Source: Marsupella aquatica (lineage: Eukaryota; Plantae; Marchantiophyta). From it: a stretch of DNA of 64,000 nucleotides. Shown piece by piece: positions 51,715-64,000 of this stretch. A model generated the notes under the pieces. That model did no database searches. It was not told the DNA's origin and saw nothing but the letters and a program-made list of their open reading frames with translations. Numbering within the stretch: position 1 is the first letter of the stretch; every line of letters starts with the position of its first letter. Location: the NCBI GenBank assembly GCA_973895155.1, contig OZ316897.1:17890457-17954456 (forward strand), written 5' to 3'. Made by a program: the position numbers and the translations under genes.

Positions 51715-51959
51715 ACTTAGTTGTTACTTGTAAAGCTATAATAATTATTAAATAGATAGTTACTTAGATAGTAACAAGTACCTACTAGTTATTTACTATT
51801 TTAATAGTTTTAATGTGAGACCATGCCATTGAGTGTTAGTTATACTATCTCCTCATTTTCTAAACTTTTGATTGTTATGAATATGAATGTTTGCTTTTTT
51901 TGCATAATTAAAAATATTTTTCTATTCATTCCTTTCTTTTAAATGATTATAATAAGAGT

Positions 51960-52317
51960 TGGTACACTTTTTAGGCCAAATGTACACTTTGTTGCACTCA
52001 AAGCTACACTTTCTAGACCAAATGCACTTAAATGTACACTTTTAAAGCCAAATGTATGTTTTTTTCACTCAAATGTACACTTTCTAGGCCAAATGTACTC
52101 AAATGTACACTTTTAAAGCCAAATGTACCTATTTTGATGTTCAAATATACACTTTTCATTGCCCAAATGTACACTCTTTAGGCCAATTGTACACTTTTCT
52201 ATCCCCAAATGTACACTTTTCATTGGCCAAATGTACACTTTTTCAAGCCCAAAAGTACACTTTTCATTGCCCAAATGTACATAAATAAAATAATAATACA
52301 CTTTTAATGAATAGGCT
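51960..52317. repeat. Subterminal tandem AAATGTACACTTT repeats and candidate right terminus
   Basis: More than 10 copies of (CC)AAATGTACACTTT. Ends ...ATACACTTTTAATGAATAGGCT, the reverse complement of 61154-61180. Confidence 0.75.
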
Positions 52318-52320
52318 GAT

Positions 52321-52440
52321 TCTTGTGTATTCCTATGGACGTAGCCTCATGTGGAGGTGAACCACGTATCTCTCTGTGTCGACTATTGTGCGTTGGATGG
52401 TTCATGGGCTTGCCGTTGCGAATGTCATCTTTGCTCAACA
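52321..52440 (+). repeat. 5' LTR (3' ~120 bp only)
   Basis: Matches ~60184-60305 (GGACGTAGCCTCATGT.GAGGTGAACCAC...TTTGCTCAACA). Confidence 0.9.
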
Positions 52441-52442
52441 AG

Positions 52443-52454
52443 TGGTATCAGAGC
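52443..52454 (+). promoter_or_regulatory. Primer-binding site for tRNA-iMet
   Basis: TGGTATCAGAGC two bases after the LTR end. Confidence 0.9.
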
Positions 52455-54110
52455 ATGCCTGGGAGGTGATGAGGTTTTTTCATGATGGGTTTTTTCCAGC
52501 ATTCATTATCGGTGATACATTCGGAGTTTTGTCGAATGAAACTCGAATGTGTGTGGCTGAGCGGATAGGTTAGTGAGAGGGCTTTCTAACGGTGGTTAGA
52601 ACTTGTTGATCGGTATCCGTGGTGCGGAGGAATTGAAGTTTGCATTGTTCAGGGTTTATTCATGTTCGACGGTATTTCGGGGGAGAGACCATAGATTGTT
52701 TTTTTAACGGTGTGAGCTGTGCGGTGCGGGAAATGTTGCATGTTATAGCTCAAGTTGAAGGTTGAAGCGAGCTGGTCGTTTTGGTACCTGGTTTGCTGGC
52801 GTTTGTGGAGCGAGTGCGTCGTGACGAGTGAAAGTTGAGCTCTAGTTTTTTTGACAAGTTATGGTGCATGTTTTTCCCTGAACTGGATTACTCGTCGTGA
52901 TGCTTGACTCGGAGGAAAAATACGAAGTGCTGAGGCTCAACGGAGAGATCGTGGTAAGGCGATCGTTTAGAGTCCGGGATTGGCTCTTGACGCAGAGAGA
53001 GTAAGACATAGCAGAGGTTTTTTCTTCTCTGGTGGAGTTGTAGATGTGCCGGTGCAATTTGGCAACATTTTCATGTCGGCGGTCATCACTTTTCTCATTG
53101 AAAACCAAAACGGAGGCGGTTGAGGTTTGTAACACGGCCTTTGTGTCATTTTTGGGCACATTTTAAGGTTAGTTTAGAGCATTTTTTGCCCCCATACGGC
53201 CTGTATACCTTCAAATCCTTACAAACCTACTTCACCATATGTCTCGGTGCGTTCCCCGGCCTTCCACACCCCTTTAAGCGCAAAAATGTGCTTTTTCTTG
53301 TGAAAATATGGCCCAAAATGCCATTATACGGCCCACATACGCGCGTTTTGACCCCTTTAAACCCCGTTTTTTCACATTTTTTGCAGTTTATACGCGAATA
53401 CATGCGCTTTTTTGAGGGGCTTTAAGACCCCTTTAAAGTGTTTTTTCTGATTTTTTTCTCTCCTCCTCATTGGTTGTGCCGCATCCCGGGCTCTGTGACC
53501 CTCCGTTTTAACCGCTTGGATAGGGGGAATGGCCCCCTGTGAGACCTGTTGGACTGTGCGGAAATATTCCCAAAAAATAGAGAGATGTTTTTTGGCCGTC
53601 CAACAAAGATTCCATCCACCGAAGGATAACTTTTTTGTTTCTTTTTTGGCGAGGACGTTGCCACTGGAGTTAGCAACGCGGCGCATCGATCACATCGCAA
53701 TTCCGACGAAGGGTTATTCTCCGAGGTGGTCAAAATGGGGGAGCTTTCCAAGGTTTTACCCACCTCGATCAAAATTTGAATAACTTTTCCGTCAAATTTT
53801 GATTTTGATTTTGGCTTTCAGTATTGGACTCCTAGCTTTGTGGGCTACGCGGCGGTGTTGAGTTTTGAGTTTTATGAGAAGTTTTGAAAAAGATGTTTTT
53901 TCGTGATTGTTTCATATGAGTGACTTGGAGGATACTGGAAGAATTGGCGTCGGTGGAGCTTCAAGATCGCGACAATCAGACGGAGAGTCTGAGGAGGAGC
54001 TGCTACCGTTTGAGGATGGACTAGTGTCACCGGTATGATCACCGGTGCGGCGTGCAGTGGAGGAAGCTGTACTACTACCAGAGCTATCGGTAGTGGGGAA
54101 GAAGAGGGAG

Positions 54111-57100
54111 ATGGCTAGATTTGGAAGAGTGAAGTTTGAGGTGGAAAAGTACGATGGTCGTACTGATTACTTGCTCAGGGAGAAGCAAGTGAAGGGTGTT
54201 CTGCGGGCCATGGGCTTAGCTCATCTGCTCTCTTTGCGAGAGTAGTATGATGGAGAGGAGGAGATCTCAAAGAAGCAGTCTGTGGAGATAGGAGCAGGTG
54301 ATTGTTGTCAATGTAGTGATGCTATATCTCAAGCCGCATATCATCAAGAAGCTAGATGATTATGATGACTGTGCATCACTATTCATGGCTCTAAGAGAAA
54401 AGTACTACCGAGAAGATGCGTCAGACCGGCTATACAAAAAATTTCTCTTGATGAGCCTTAGGCTCAAGGAAGGGAGCAAGATGCAAGATCACCTGGATGA
54501 GTTTGACAGTCTAGCGGTGGATCTGTCAAACCTGGGAAAAGGAGCTGAAGATGAGGGTAAGGCGGCCTTGCTTCTGCTAAGCTCCTTATCGCCGTCATAT
54601 CAGGGCTTGAAATAGATGCTCTTGTATAGAGATTTGAAGTCCATTTTGTATAATGAGGTGGTGAGCTTCTTACTGTCTGATGATGCTCAAAAGAAGCTGG
54701 ATCAATCACAGACAACATCTTCTTAGACCTGACACTGCGCTGAACGTAAATCGTGGGAGAGCTGCACAACGCTCAAGTGGACAGAACAGGTTTAGATCTA
54801 CATCACGGGGGAGATCTAAATCCAGAGTAAAATTGCAAGAGAAGAAGCCTCTTGCATGTTGGAAATGTGGCAAGTCAGGCCACATGAAGAAAGATTGTCG
54901 GGTAAAGGACTCTACCCCATCAGCTAATGCGGCATCTAGCGCACATGAGGTAGATTTACTCGATGATGATATTTTGTGATGCCATTACTTTGCCCTCAAC
55001 GTAATATCACATCAGGGGGAGATGATGGTTGGATACTAGATAGTATTTGTAAACAAGGAGCAAAAAAGGATGGATAACAAGCCCAAACTAAAAGAACTTT
55101 TGTTCCAAAAATGCAAAAAACTCAGAAATGCCCAAAAATGAACCTAAATACTATCTCTTTCTTTGCAAAATCTTCATGGATGGAAAAAATGCCCCAAAAT
55201 ATGTTATCATTTTGAGCCATTCAAAAGATAAAATGGACCATAACAAATTGTTAATCTTTGTATGATCTATTTTCAATCTTTACAATTTACACTTGCACAT
55301 GTTCAAGAGATCATTTGTCTAGTTTATCCTTAAAATACCATCTTAAAATTGATTGGAATCAAAAATATCTAATTAAAACACTTTCAAATATATACTAGAA
55401 ATTTCAATTGAGTCTCGTAATGAATTGTTTGTCTTTAACCTATCTCACACAAACCAATTACAATATTATTATTTTCAAAGTGTAACCCCTCCTTAGAAAT
55501 GATTCATGAATTCATGAGTTAATCATTTTAATATTTTTGAATCTCAACAAATTTAAGTAGCAATAGTTACTCCAACTTTCTCATTCCCAAATCTCTAATG
55601 TTCACATAAGTTTTAGTGGATTGGAATACTTATTTGCATTCACTTAGAAAGAAACTTCATTCTTAATTTTTAATTCAAACCTTGCATAGTAAAATACCAA
55701 AGTTTTCCTAGCATTTATAATACTCTTTGTCTTTATTGGAGTTGATGTTTTCTTGTACTTTATTCCAAAGTAATAATTCATTACTCTCTTTGTCTTTACT
55801 TGAGTTTGTGTTCCTTGTCAAATTCTTCATTCATAACTCTTTTTGTCTTAATTGAATCATTTTTTGTTTCTTTTTTTGTCATTTTCTTTGTCTTGATTAA
55901 TCTTTCTTTTAATTATTTTCTTTATGTTTGTATGCAATTTTTCTCTCTTTTCAAGATTTCCAAACTTGATGCCAGATTCCCTTCATGAATTCATGAAAAA
56001 GAATCTTGGATCAAGATTAAAAAATCTTGAAAACAGGGTTCATGAATTCATGAAGCTTTTGGATGCACAAGCTTCGTGAATACACTAAGCTTAGGTTTTT
56101 AAAAGGCAAAGGGCAAATTTGGGCAACAACAATCCATGATGGAAGATGAGTGAGCTATGATAGGCACATTGCAATGGGCAAGTTGCGACCAGCTGCGATG
56201 GACAAAATGACAACATGTAACCCGTAAAGGGTATAGGACCATGTGCAATTAGCAATTAAACATAGATTTCCAAGGGCATTTGAGTGTTGATTTGTGATGG
56301 GTGAAGGCTTATGATCTCTGATGTTGTTAGTGACTTTGTTCATAAAGATGATATTTTCTTGTAACATTTAATTTGTTGGTGATCTTTGAGCCCAAACTCC
56401 AATGTTGAGACTTATATTGAGGAGTTAAATTTGGAATTATTAATTATGAAAAAACTTGTGTCTGAAGTATTGTGTTAATTATGGTGTGAAAATCCAAGGT
56501 CAGGAAATATTAAATATATGATGATTTTTTGTGTTATTTTTTATGACATTTTGGAAAATCAGAATATTTTGAAAATGAGAATTAAGGCCTTGGACCCATC
56601 CTTTAAGGCTTCTTGTTTGTACCTTTCACATTTGCTATAGGAGAGAGTTTTTCAGTTCTTACACGATTTCCAACGGTTCAGTGTTGATGGGAAATGGAAT
56701 TCCATGCCAAGTAGTTGGACTTGGATCTGTGAGATTACAGATGTTTGATGGTGTTGTAAGAACAGTGCGAAATGTGAGACATATTCCTGACATGATGAAA
56801 AATCTTATTTCACTTGGAATGTTAGAAGCAAATGGTCATTAGTGGAGTTCTGCTAATGATGTTCTTCAGGTTTCAACCGATACCAAGGTTATGTTGAAGG
56901 GAAAGAGGCACAAAAATTTGTATGTTTTGGAGGGCAGAGTGGTATGTGATGAAGCCAATATAACCTTATCTCATGAGGAGACGGCCCGGCTGTGGCACTT
57001 CCGGCTAGGTCACATGAGTGAAAAAAGTTTGGCTGTACTTTTGAAAAGAGGTTTGATTTTTTAATTTGCAGTCTAGTAAGTTAGATTTTTGTGAGCATTG

Positions 57101-59743
57101 TGTGCTTGGGAAGCAGCACAGAAAACCCTCCGGCGTTGGAACTCATACCAGCAAGAAGGTACTTGAGTATGTACATAGTGATGTGTGGGGTCCAGCCCTT
57201 ACTCCCTCACATTCTGGATGGTAATACTATGTCACGTTCATAGACGATTACTCAAGGTATGTGTGGATATACTTTATACACAATAAGTCTGATTTTTTGC
57301 CACTTTTAAGGAGTGGAAAGCCCAAGTAGAGAATCAGACTGGTACTAAGGTGAGATATCTTTGATCGGATAACGGCGATGAATATAGTTCTGGGGAATTT
57401 GGAACGTATTGTAAGGAGTAGGAGATTACCCGCCATCTCACAACAAGTTATACTCCTCAACAGAATGGTGTTTTTGAGAGACTCAACCAAACACTATTGG
57501 ACCGCTCGAGAAGTATATTGAGTCAATCATGCTTACCACATGAGTTTTGGGCTTAAGCTATCAACACTGCAGCTTATTTGGTAAATTTTTCTTCATCCAG
57601 TTCTATTGGATTCAAGACGTCATTTGAAATGAGGTACGGGCGTCCAACAGATTATTCACATCTGAGGATTTTTGGATGTGATGCTTATGTGCTTGCACCT
57701 TCCCAGCTTCAATCCAAAATGGAGTCCAAGTTGAAGAAGTGCATTTTCCTTGGCTATCAAAAAGGTGTGAAGGGGTTATAGGTTATGGGATCCAGTAACC
57801 TGTAAGCTAATTGTCAGTAGAGATGTGTCCTTTAATGAATCTAGATCATCAAAGGAGGGGGAGAGTTCTCAGAACTCCCATACTAACAAGGAGAAATCTC
57901 TAATCCCTGACCGGATTGAGGGGAAGATTAGTCATGATGCTGTTCATGATAGGAGAGATGGAGAAGCTCCTGGCTTGGAGATGGTTCCTGTGATGGAACA
58001 AGAGGAGCATATTGTTGCTGGGATGCCTCAAATTCAACCAGCACCAACAGTAGATCAGCCTGAGTCATCTACTAGAAGAACTTCCAGTCGTTCTACTAGA
58101 GCTCCTACCAGGTATGGTCAATGGGCAGACTCATCTAAGCTAGATGATATTGATATTGCACCTGATGATGATGACATGGCTTTGATTTTGGAAGAAAGAG
58201 AGCCTTCTTCATACAGTGAGGCTTGTGCTTCCGAGCAGAAGCGTGAGTGGAATGCAGCAATGCAGAGGAAGTTGCAATCTTTGAGTGACAAAAAGACATG
58301 GGAGCTGATGGAGCTTCCAAGAGGTCAGCAAGTGGTGGACAGCAAGTGGATTTACAAGTTGAAAGACAGTCCTTCAAAGGGTGGAGATAAGATCTACAAG
58401 GCAAGGCTCGTTGCCAAGGGATTCACTCAGGAGAAATGAGTGGATTACAATAAAGTTTTTTCACCGATGGCTAAATATTCCACTATTCAGATCTTGTGTC
58501 AGCTTGTTATGTTTTTTGGTCTTGTGATGGATCAGATGGATGTTGTTACTGCTTTTCTCTATGGAAACTTGGAAGAGATGATCTTCATGAGACAGCCACT
58601 AGGCTTTATGAAGAAGGGCCAAGAGAACTTAGTTTGCAGATTGCTCAAGTCCTTGTATGGATTGAAGTAGTCTCCCAGACAGTGGAACAAGTGGTTTGAT
58701 AATTTCATGTTTGCTCAAGGTCTTACAAGGATGGTGTATGATCATTGTGTATACAAAATCAGTCAAGAATGATGTATTTGGTTTCATCATTCTGATGATC
58801 TATGTGGATCACATGCTAATTGTGGTTAAAGATCAATCTGAGGTTGACAGTCTCAAGGCAAAATTGAGTGTTGAATTCAGGATGAAGGATCTTAGGGATG
58901 GAGATTTTTAGGAACTCTGATACTGGACAGTTGTGCTTGAGTCAAGGCCAGCATGCAAGGAAAGTACTTGCACGATTTAACATTGAGAATTGTAAGCCAG
59001 TGAGTATTCCTTTAGCTTCACACTTCAAGTTATCATCGACTTTCTCTCCTACGGATGCTGTGGAGAAAGGTCTGATGGCTAAGATTGCTTATGAGAAGGC
59101 AGTAGGCAGTCTGATGTATTTGATGACTTGTACTAGGCCTGACTTGGCCCTAGCGATGGGCAAGGTTAGCAGATTCATGTCAAATCCAGGGACGGTACAT
59201 TGGGAAGCTGTGAAGTGGATTCTCAAGTATCTGAAGGGAACACAGGACTATGGATTACTATTTGATAACAGATCAGATAGAACATTAGTTGGCTATGTAG
59301 ATTCTGACTATGGAGTCTGTCTGGATACAAGGAGATCTACAACTAGGTTTGTATACACTCTTGGAGGAGGATGTATTAGTTAGAAATCTACCTTGCATAA
59401 GTGTATATCTTAGTCTACTACAGAAGTAGAGTATGTTGCAGCAATAGAAGCAGCAAATGAAGCAATTTGGTTGGACAAGTTGATCGCGGAGATGGGTTTA
59501 GAGCATGGCAAAATGACTCTAAATTGTGATAGTCAGAGTGCTCTTCACTTGGCTGCTAACCAGGTGATGGATAGCAGGGTGAAGCACATTGATATCTGAT
59601 ACCATTTTATCAAGCAAGCAGTGTTTGATAAAACTTTTGAGCTAGTCAAGATTGATGGAAAGCCCAATCCCGTTGATGCCTTTACCAAAGTGATTCCTTT
59701 GGAGAGTTTCTCAAGACACCGTGCTACTTTGCAGGTTTTGTAG
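54111..59743 (+). pseudogene. Copia gag-pol polyprotein with many stops and frameshifts
   Basis: KFEVEKYDG, zinc knuckle CWKCGKSGHMKKDC, WILDS, LWHFRLGHMSEK, YVHSDVWGP, TPQQNG, YKARLVAKGFTQ, QMDVVTAFLYG, LLKSLYGLK, GYVDSDY. Confidence 0.92.
55052..56617. mobile_element. Non-autonomous AT-rich TIR element with 4-bp TSD (TGTA) inserted in the copia protease motif
   Basis: TGTA|AACAAGGAGC..AAAGGATGG ... CCATCCTTTAAGGCTTCTTGTT|TGTA. Removing it restores WILDSICTFHIC. Confidence 0.85.
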
Positions 59744-59958
59744 TTGTAGTGCAAGTAGAGTTATTTAGCAATGTGTGATTATTTGTATATATGGATTACT
59801 CATTCCTGTTTGGCTACGGCTTAGTTCTAGTTAACCCTTAGTTAACCCTTGTGATTTTTAGGGGGAGACCTGGTTTGGTGATTGTCTAGAACTTCCCGCT
59901 GAGTATTCCATATGGTTGCATTTAGTCCAGTCCCCAAGACAAGAGTCAAGGGGGAGTT

Positions 59959-60305
59959 TGTTAGATATTGCTCTAGTCTTGTGACTCATGAGCTAACCAC
60001 AGTTAGTTTAACTCGGGTTAGGACTTAGCTAAAGTTAGCGGTAGTGCTATTGTGTATATAGCCAGGGCTGATGCCATACCCTGGTGAAACTTAGGCTCAT
60101 TGTTATGGAGCTAGTTGAGAGATAGGGAGAGCTTGTGCTGTGGATGCTTGATATGGCCGGTCGGCCTAGAGTGCAGTAAAGCTCTTGTGTGTTCCCGTGG
60201 ACGTAGCCTCATGTAGAGGTGAACCACCGTGTATCTCTCTGTGTCGACTATTGTGCGTTGGATGGTTCATGGGCTTCCCGTTGCGAATGTTGTCTTTGCT
60301 CAACA
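59959..60305 (+). repeat. 3' LTR (347 bp)
   Basis: Begins TGTTAG after the PPT and ends CAACA. Confidence 0.9.
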
Positions 60306-61153
60306 CAAGCTAGCATAAGGAGTACGCTACAAGTTTGGGATATTTTGTGATATACTTAGTGAGGTAATTAATGAGGTACGAGTGAGTATTTAGCTAGTGT
60401 ATGGTAAAATCCCCAACTATAAATGTATCTAGAGCCTAGAGGACCATTGAGCATAGTTTGATAGCAATGAGGTTTCCTGACCATTCTTTGATTCTCTACA
60501 TTGTGTGCATGACATCCAGTTGAGTCTGGAGTTAAAAACACTTAACATGTTTTGATGTGAAAAACTTGATCAAAACCAAAATATATGTTTTTTAAGTATA
60601 GAAGTCTACAACCAAACAAGCACTTGAGCATTTGAGTACTTTTGCTAAAATTTGATTAATCATTAAATCAAAATTGGACCCTAATTTGTTTTTGATCTTA
60701 TGTGAAAAAAGAAGAAATCTACTTTATATACAACTTATTTAGGAAATTTTTTAAGTGGAAAACCCAGGTTTATTCATATTCATGTTTTTATTATAGCCAA
60801 CATTTTAGTCTATATAACTAGAAATGTAGATCTGATTGTTGCTCTTTATTCAAATGTTGCATACCAGGGGCTTGGGTCACTGTATGGGGTCCACCACTAA
60901 ATCTGCAAGCACCTGTCTCTTTCCTACCTCCACACCCTAATATATTGTATGCAAACCAAATGAAAAACACTTACATGGATGGTGGACCACTCATGTGATG
61001 ACAAATGAACCCTACTTTTTGAATTGTTAAATTTTTAAACTGAAATTCCCCCAACTATATACAGTTGTTTGATAGAGGTTGGGAACAATTAGCATATATA
61101 AGGTATATATATACCTTTACTTACTAGTATCATGTACTCTTTGAAATATTAAT

Positions 61154-61260
61154 ACCCTATTCATTAAAAGAGTATATTATTTTGTTCACTTTTAGGCCTC
61201 TAAATGTTCACTTTTTGGTTTTTAAATGTACACTTTTTAAACCCAAAAGGTACACTATGA
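61154..61260. mobile_element. Terminal fragment related to the Sola-like element end
   Basis: ACCCTATTCATTAAAAGAGTATATTATT is an inverted match to 52290-52317 and is followed by AAATGT(A/T)CACTTT repeats. Confidence 0.6.
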
Positions 61261-63023
61261 TACAATACTCTACACCTAAATGATCAATTGTAAACCTGAG
61301 GGGACAAAAATGATCTAGGAGTCTCATCCTAGTTCATTTACAAAGGATGAACATGGTGGTACATTTGATGGTCATCAACTTTATTTCTTGCCCAATTGTA
61401 CACTGGATTTTTGTACAATGAATTTTTGTTAATGTGATAGAATGTCTAGTATCAATTGTCTTTAAGTTATATGAATATTTTTAAAGCTATTTAAAAAATA
61501 TTAAGAGCTTTTGGCCCCCAAATACAAAAATTGTCTTCGAACCAGGCCCCAGGTTTTCAGAAACACTTACTAATGTTCTTATTAGGTCCTTAATCCATTT
61601 TGGTGTCCACAATTTGGTATTGGTTATTGTGGACATAAACTTGAGGGTATCCACTGGTAGGGCTTGTCATCATGTACTTTTGGAGCTCAGCTTTGACTTG
61701 TCTTGGGGTAAGTCAGGTGTGAAGCACATTTCCGGAACTTCCTCCAAAGAAAGCATCTCAGAAATCTCGGTACAGTCACAGTTACAGTGGTGTAGGACAT
61801 CATTACATTTGATTTCTTAGCTCCGCCAGAACCTACTCTCCTGAATTGGACCAAATCCTCTCATTGTAGACCTTTGGACTTGGCTTGTTGCCAATTTGGG
61901 CTCACTAGCTAAATGCAGTTGATTGATAATGGAAAGTCTGTCCATGGCAACTTCCTGATAATGTGGGTCAAGATCAACTAGTTCAACTGGTATCCCTGGA
62001 AGAATATCTTCCATGAAACAAGATAATCCTTGTGTCCATGAAGAATATGTCTTTGAATCGGAAAACCTATGGACACATATTACGGCATTCAATCAGACTA
62101 ATTAAAGAAAAAGGTATAAAATTTTCATTAGCTAGACATTAAGTGTCATAGCTGCAGATTCGTTTCATCTTCCCTAGCCTTATAGCACGAACCTACATAT
62201 GAGAGTGATGTCATACCAAATTACAAGGACATGGGGAATTGAAAGAGCTTCTTGGCTATAGCAATGGAATTAGATATATGTATATCGGAACGAAGCTAGT
62301 GCAAGCTGTCTGCACACTAATAAACAGCAGAAACTCTGAAACTGTCCTACATTTGGCTAGAATGAAAGATATATGAATAACAAGCGGGGAGAGTGCAAAG
62401 TTTGTAAATCAGACACAACCCCATATTAAATGATAGTGAATTATGACTACACTTCAAATGTATAACAAATATTGTTATACACTTCAAATAATACCCACTT
62501 CAAATGTAATAATTTAACAAGTAGGATTCCGGAGACAAAAACTAATGAGTTTAATTATTTTTCTACTAAGATTCAGATTTTGATTTCTTTTGTGTTTCCA
62601 TTTTGTAAATAGAGTGCATGCACCCATGTCATGCATCATTACCCATTTAGAACTCATTGCCACTTTTTGGTAGCCCAAAAGTGATGTTTTGGTGAAAGCT
62701 TTATGGGCAGTTATCATTTTTGTAGGTAAGTCTACAAACTCCCATAATGAGTTTAGGGCGTGGCAGGAATTGAATATTACTTTGAGGAGCTCGTCATAGT
62801 ATATCAGCGGGAATTAGTCAATAGCTAAGTTAACCAATCACTGAAAATATGAATCTCTTTAAAATTCTGCTGAATATCACTCCCAGTCACCAGCCGGCCC
62901 CTCATGATGCAAGGACCACAGATAAGATTCAGAACGTACCCAGAAAGTATATGTCAGCAGCACTAAGCTAGCCCAGCTTCAAAAACAAATCCACGTCCCC
63001 TATAATTGACTGAATTTTCATAC

Positions 63024-63164
63024 CATATGCTGGCTGTCCAAACACCCATTCGTCTGTAGAACTTGATACCATGAAGGCCAAGTTTGGTTAGATCAGGAAG
63101 ACAAACACCGTCACGTATCTCCAGAAATCAGCTGCAGTATTTTCAGGTGCGTTCACAGAATTAT
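63024..63164 (-). pseudogene. Frameshifted paralog of AP2-like exon 26897-27038
   Basis: CAG|ATAATTCTGTGAACGCACCTGAAAATACT...CTTGGCCTTCATGGTATCAAGTTCTAC...TTGGACAGCCAGCATATG|GTATG on the minus strand; the flanking intron is also similar. Confidence 0.85.
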
Positions 63165-64000
63165 CTGCAATATTGTATAACAACAAAGCAGTCCTTTAAC
63201 TGTACGTCTAAAGGACATTCCAAACAGTTTGACCTAGTAAATCTAACTTAATAAGGGTTCTGACTGAAACAGACAAGACCTCAAGCTTATTAGTTAGATT
63301 TTACAATAGATGAATTGCACAAGAAACCTACAGTTGTATTACAGGAGCAAGGAGCTTATCATTGCTCCTAATTAAGTTCATCAAATTAAATTGGCACTTA
63401 GTGCAGTTCCACAGGGGGACTCCACAAACCACTACATCTTGGAATCAAAGTTATCTGCAGGAGTCACCACTGTAGCTTTCACAACTAGCTAGGTAAGTAC
63501 TCTGAAGAAACTGCGGAGGGATCTATAGGGGGCAAATGATAGCGATCTATAAATATAGCTAGGTGTTTCTGACTTCGACCCTCTCGATAGCCCGGGATGC
63601 TTCTATCTAAGTCAATTATGCAATCCACTACGTACATCTCGGTTTGTGCAGTAGTTATCTACCAGATGCAGTCGACTATCTAGCTCACTAGATGGGATGC
63701 TTCTATTTAATTGATCGAGTCCTCTAAGTTATGCAAAACATCACTACGTACATCTCTTTTGTGCAGTAGTCATGCTGCACCGTTTCAGAGGCTTTCTGCT
63801 AGATATCCAAGGTCATGAAGCACAGCCTATTCAATCTGGATCGAGGAAACCACTACTACATTGAAGAACTTGTGGAACGGTGTCTAGGGGCCACACAGCA
63901 GCAAAGCAAAACATCCCTGATAATTTTTCTAACTTACTCTGTTTTGGCAAGATCCTTGTGAGAATGATGCATGCAGTGTATTACCTAGCTCACTTACTGC

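Larger units (their letters stand above)
39261..52317. mobile_element. Composite Sola-like DNA transposon carrying ParB-MTase and FCP1-like genes (left boundary not found)
   Basis: Transposase, subterminal AAATGTACACTTT repeats, a candidate terminus at ~52317, and a 21-bp palindrome shared by the ParB-MTase gene, the intergenic region and the transposase CDS. Confidence 0.65.
52321..60305 (+). mobile_element. Degenerate Ty1/copia LTR retrotransposon with truncated 5' LTR
   Basis: 5' LTR remnant 52321-52440, PBS TGGTATCAGAGC at 52443, gag-PR-IN-RT-RNaseH order, PPT AAGGGGGAG at ~59948 and 3' LTR TG...CA 59959-60305. Confidence 0.95.

Noticed and set aside
52460-54100. ORFs in the copia leader
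   Set aside because: Short, on both strands, with no recognisable motifs; treated as a long untranslated leader.
61590-62092. Minus-strand ORF remnant
   Set aside because: Coding-like but interrupted and unassignable.

Overview
Land-plant nuclear DNA, as shown by spliceosomal GT-AG introns, TTTAGGG repeats, a plastid 23S rRNA insertion and an euAP2-type exon structure. A non-seed plant is plausible but is inference. The window is a nest of transposons and odd multi-exon genes. Left to right: a decayed CACTA/EnSpm transposase (-), a NUPT, a SAM-domain gene (+), a highly diverged AP2-like gene with duplicated exons (+), an apparently intact REX4-like DEDDh exonuclease gene (+) and CACTA ends. 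Next is a ~13 kb DNA-transposon-like unit (about 39.3-52.3 kb). It carries a Sola-type transposase (+), and divergently a ParB/DGQHR-like + N4/N6 DNA-methyltransferase-like fusion gene and an FCP1/NIF phosphatase (-). A 21-bp palindrome is dispersed through the unit and arrayed between the divergent genes. The unit abuts a degenerate Ty1/copia element, which is itself interrupted by a TIR element with a 4-bp TSD. The window ends in an inverted paralog of the AP2-like locus. The most notable candidate system is the transposon-borne ParB-MTase with its parS-like palindrome array. All family assignments come from motif recognition by eye; no searches were run.
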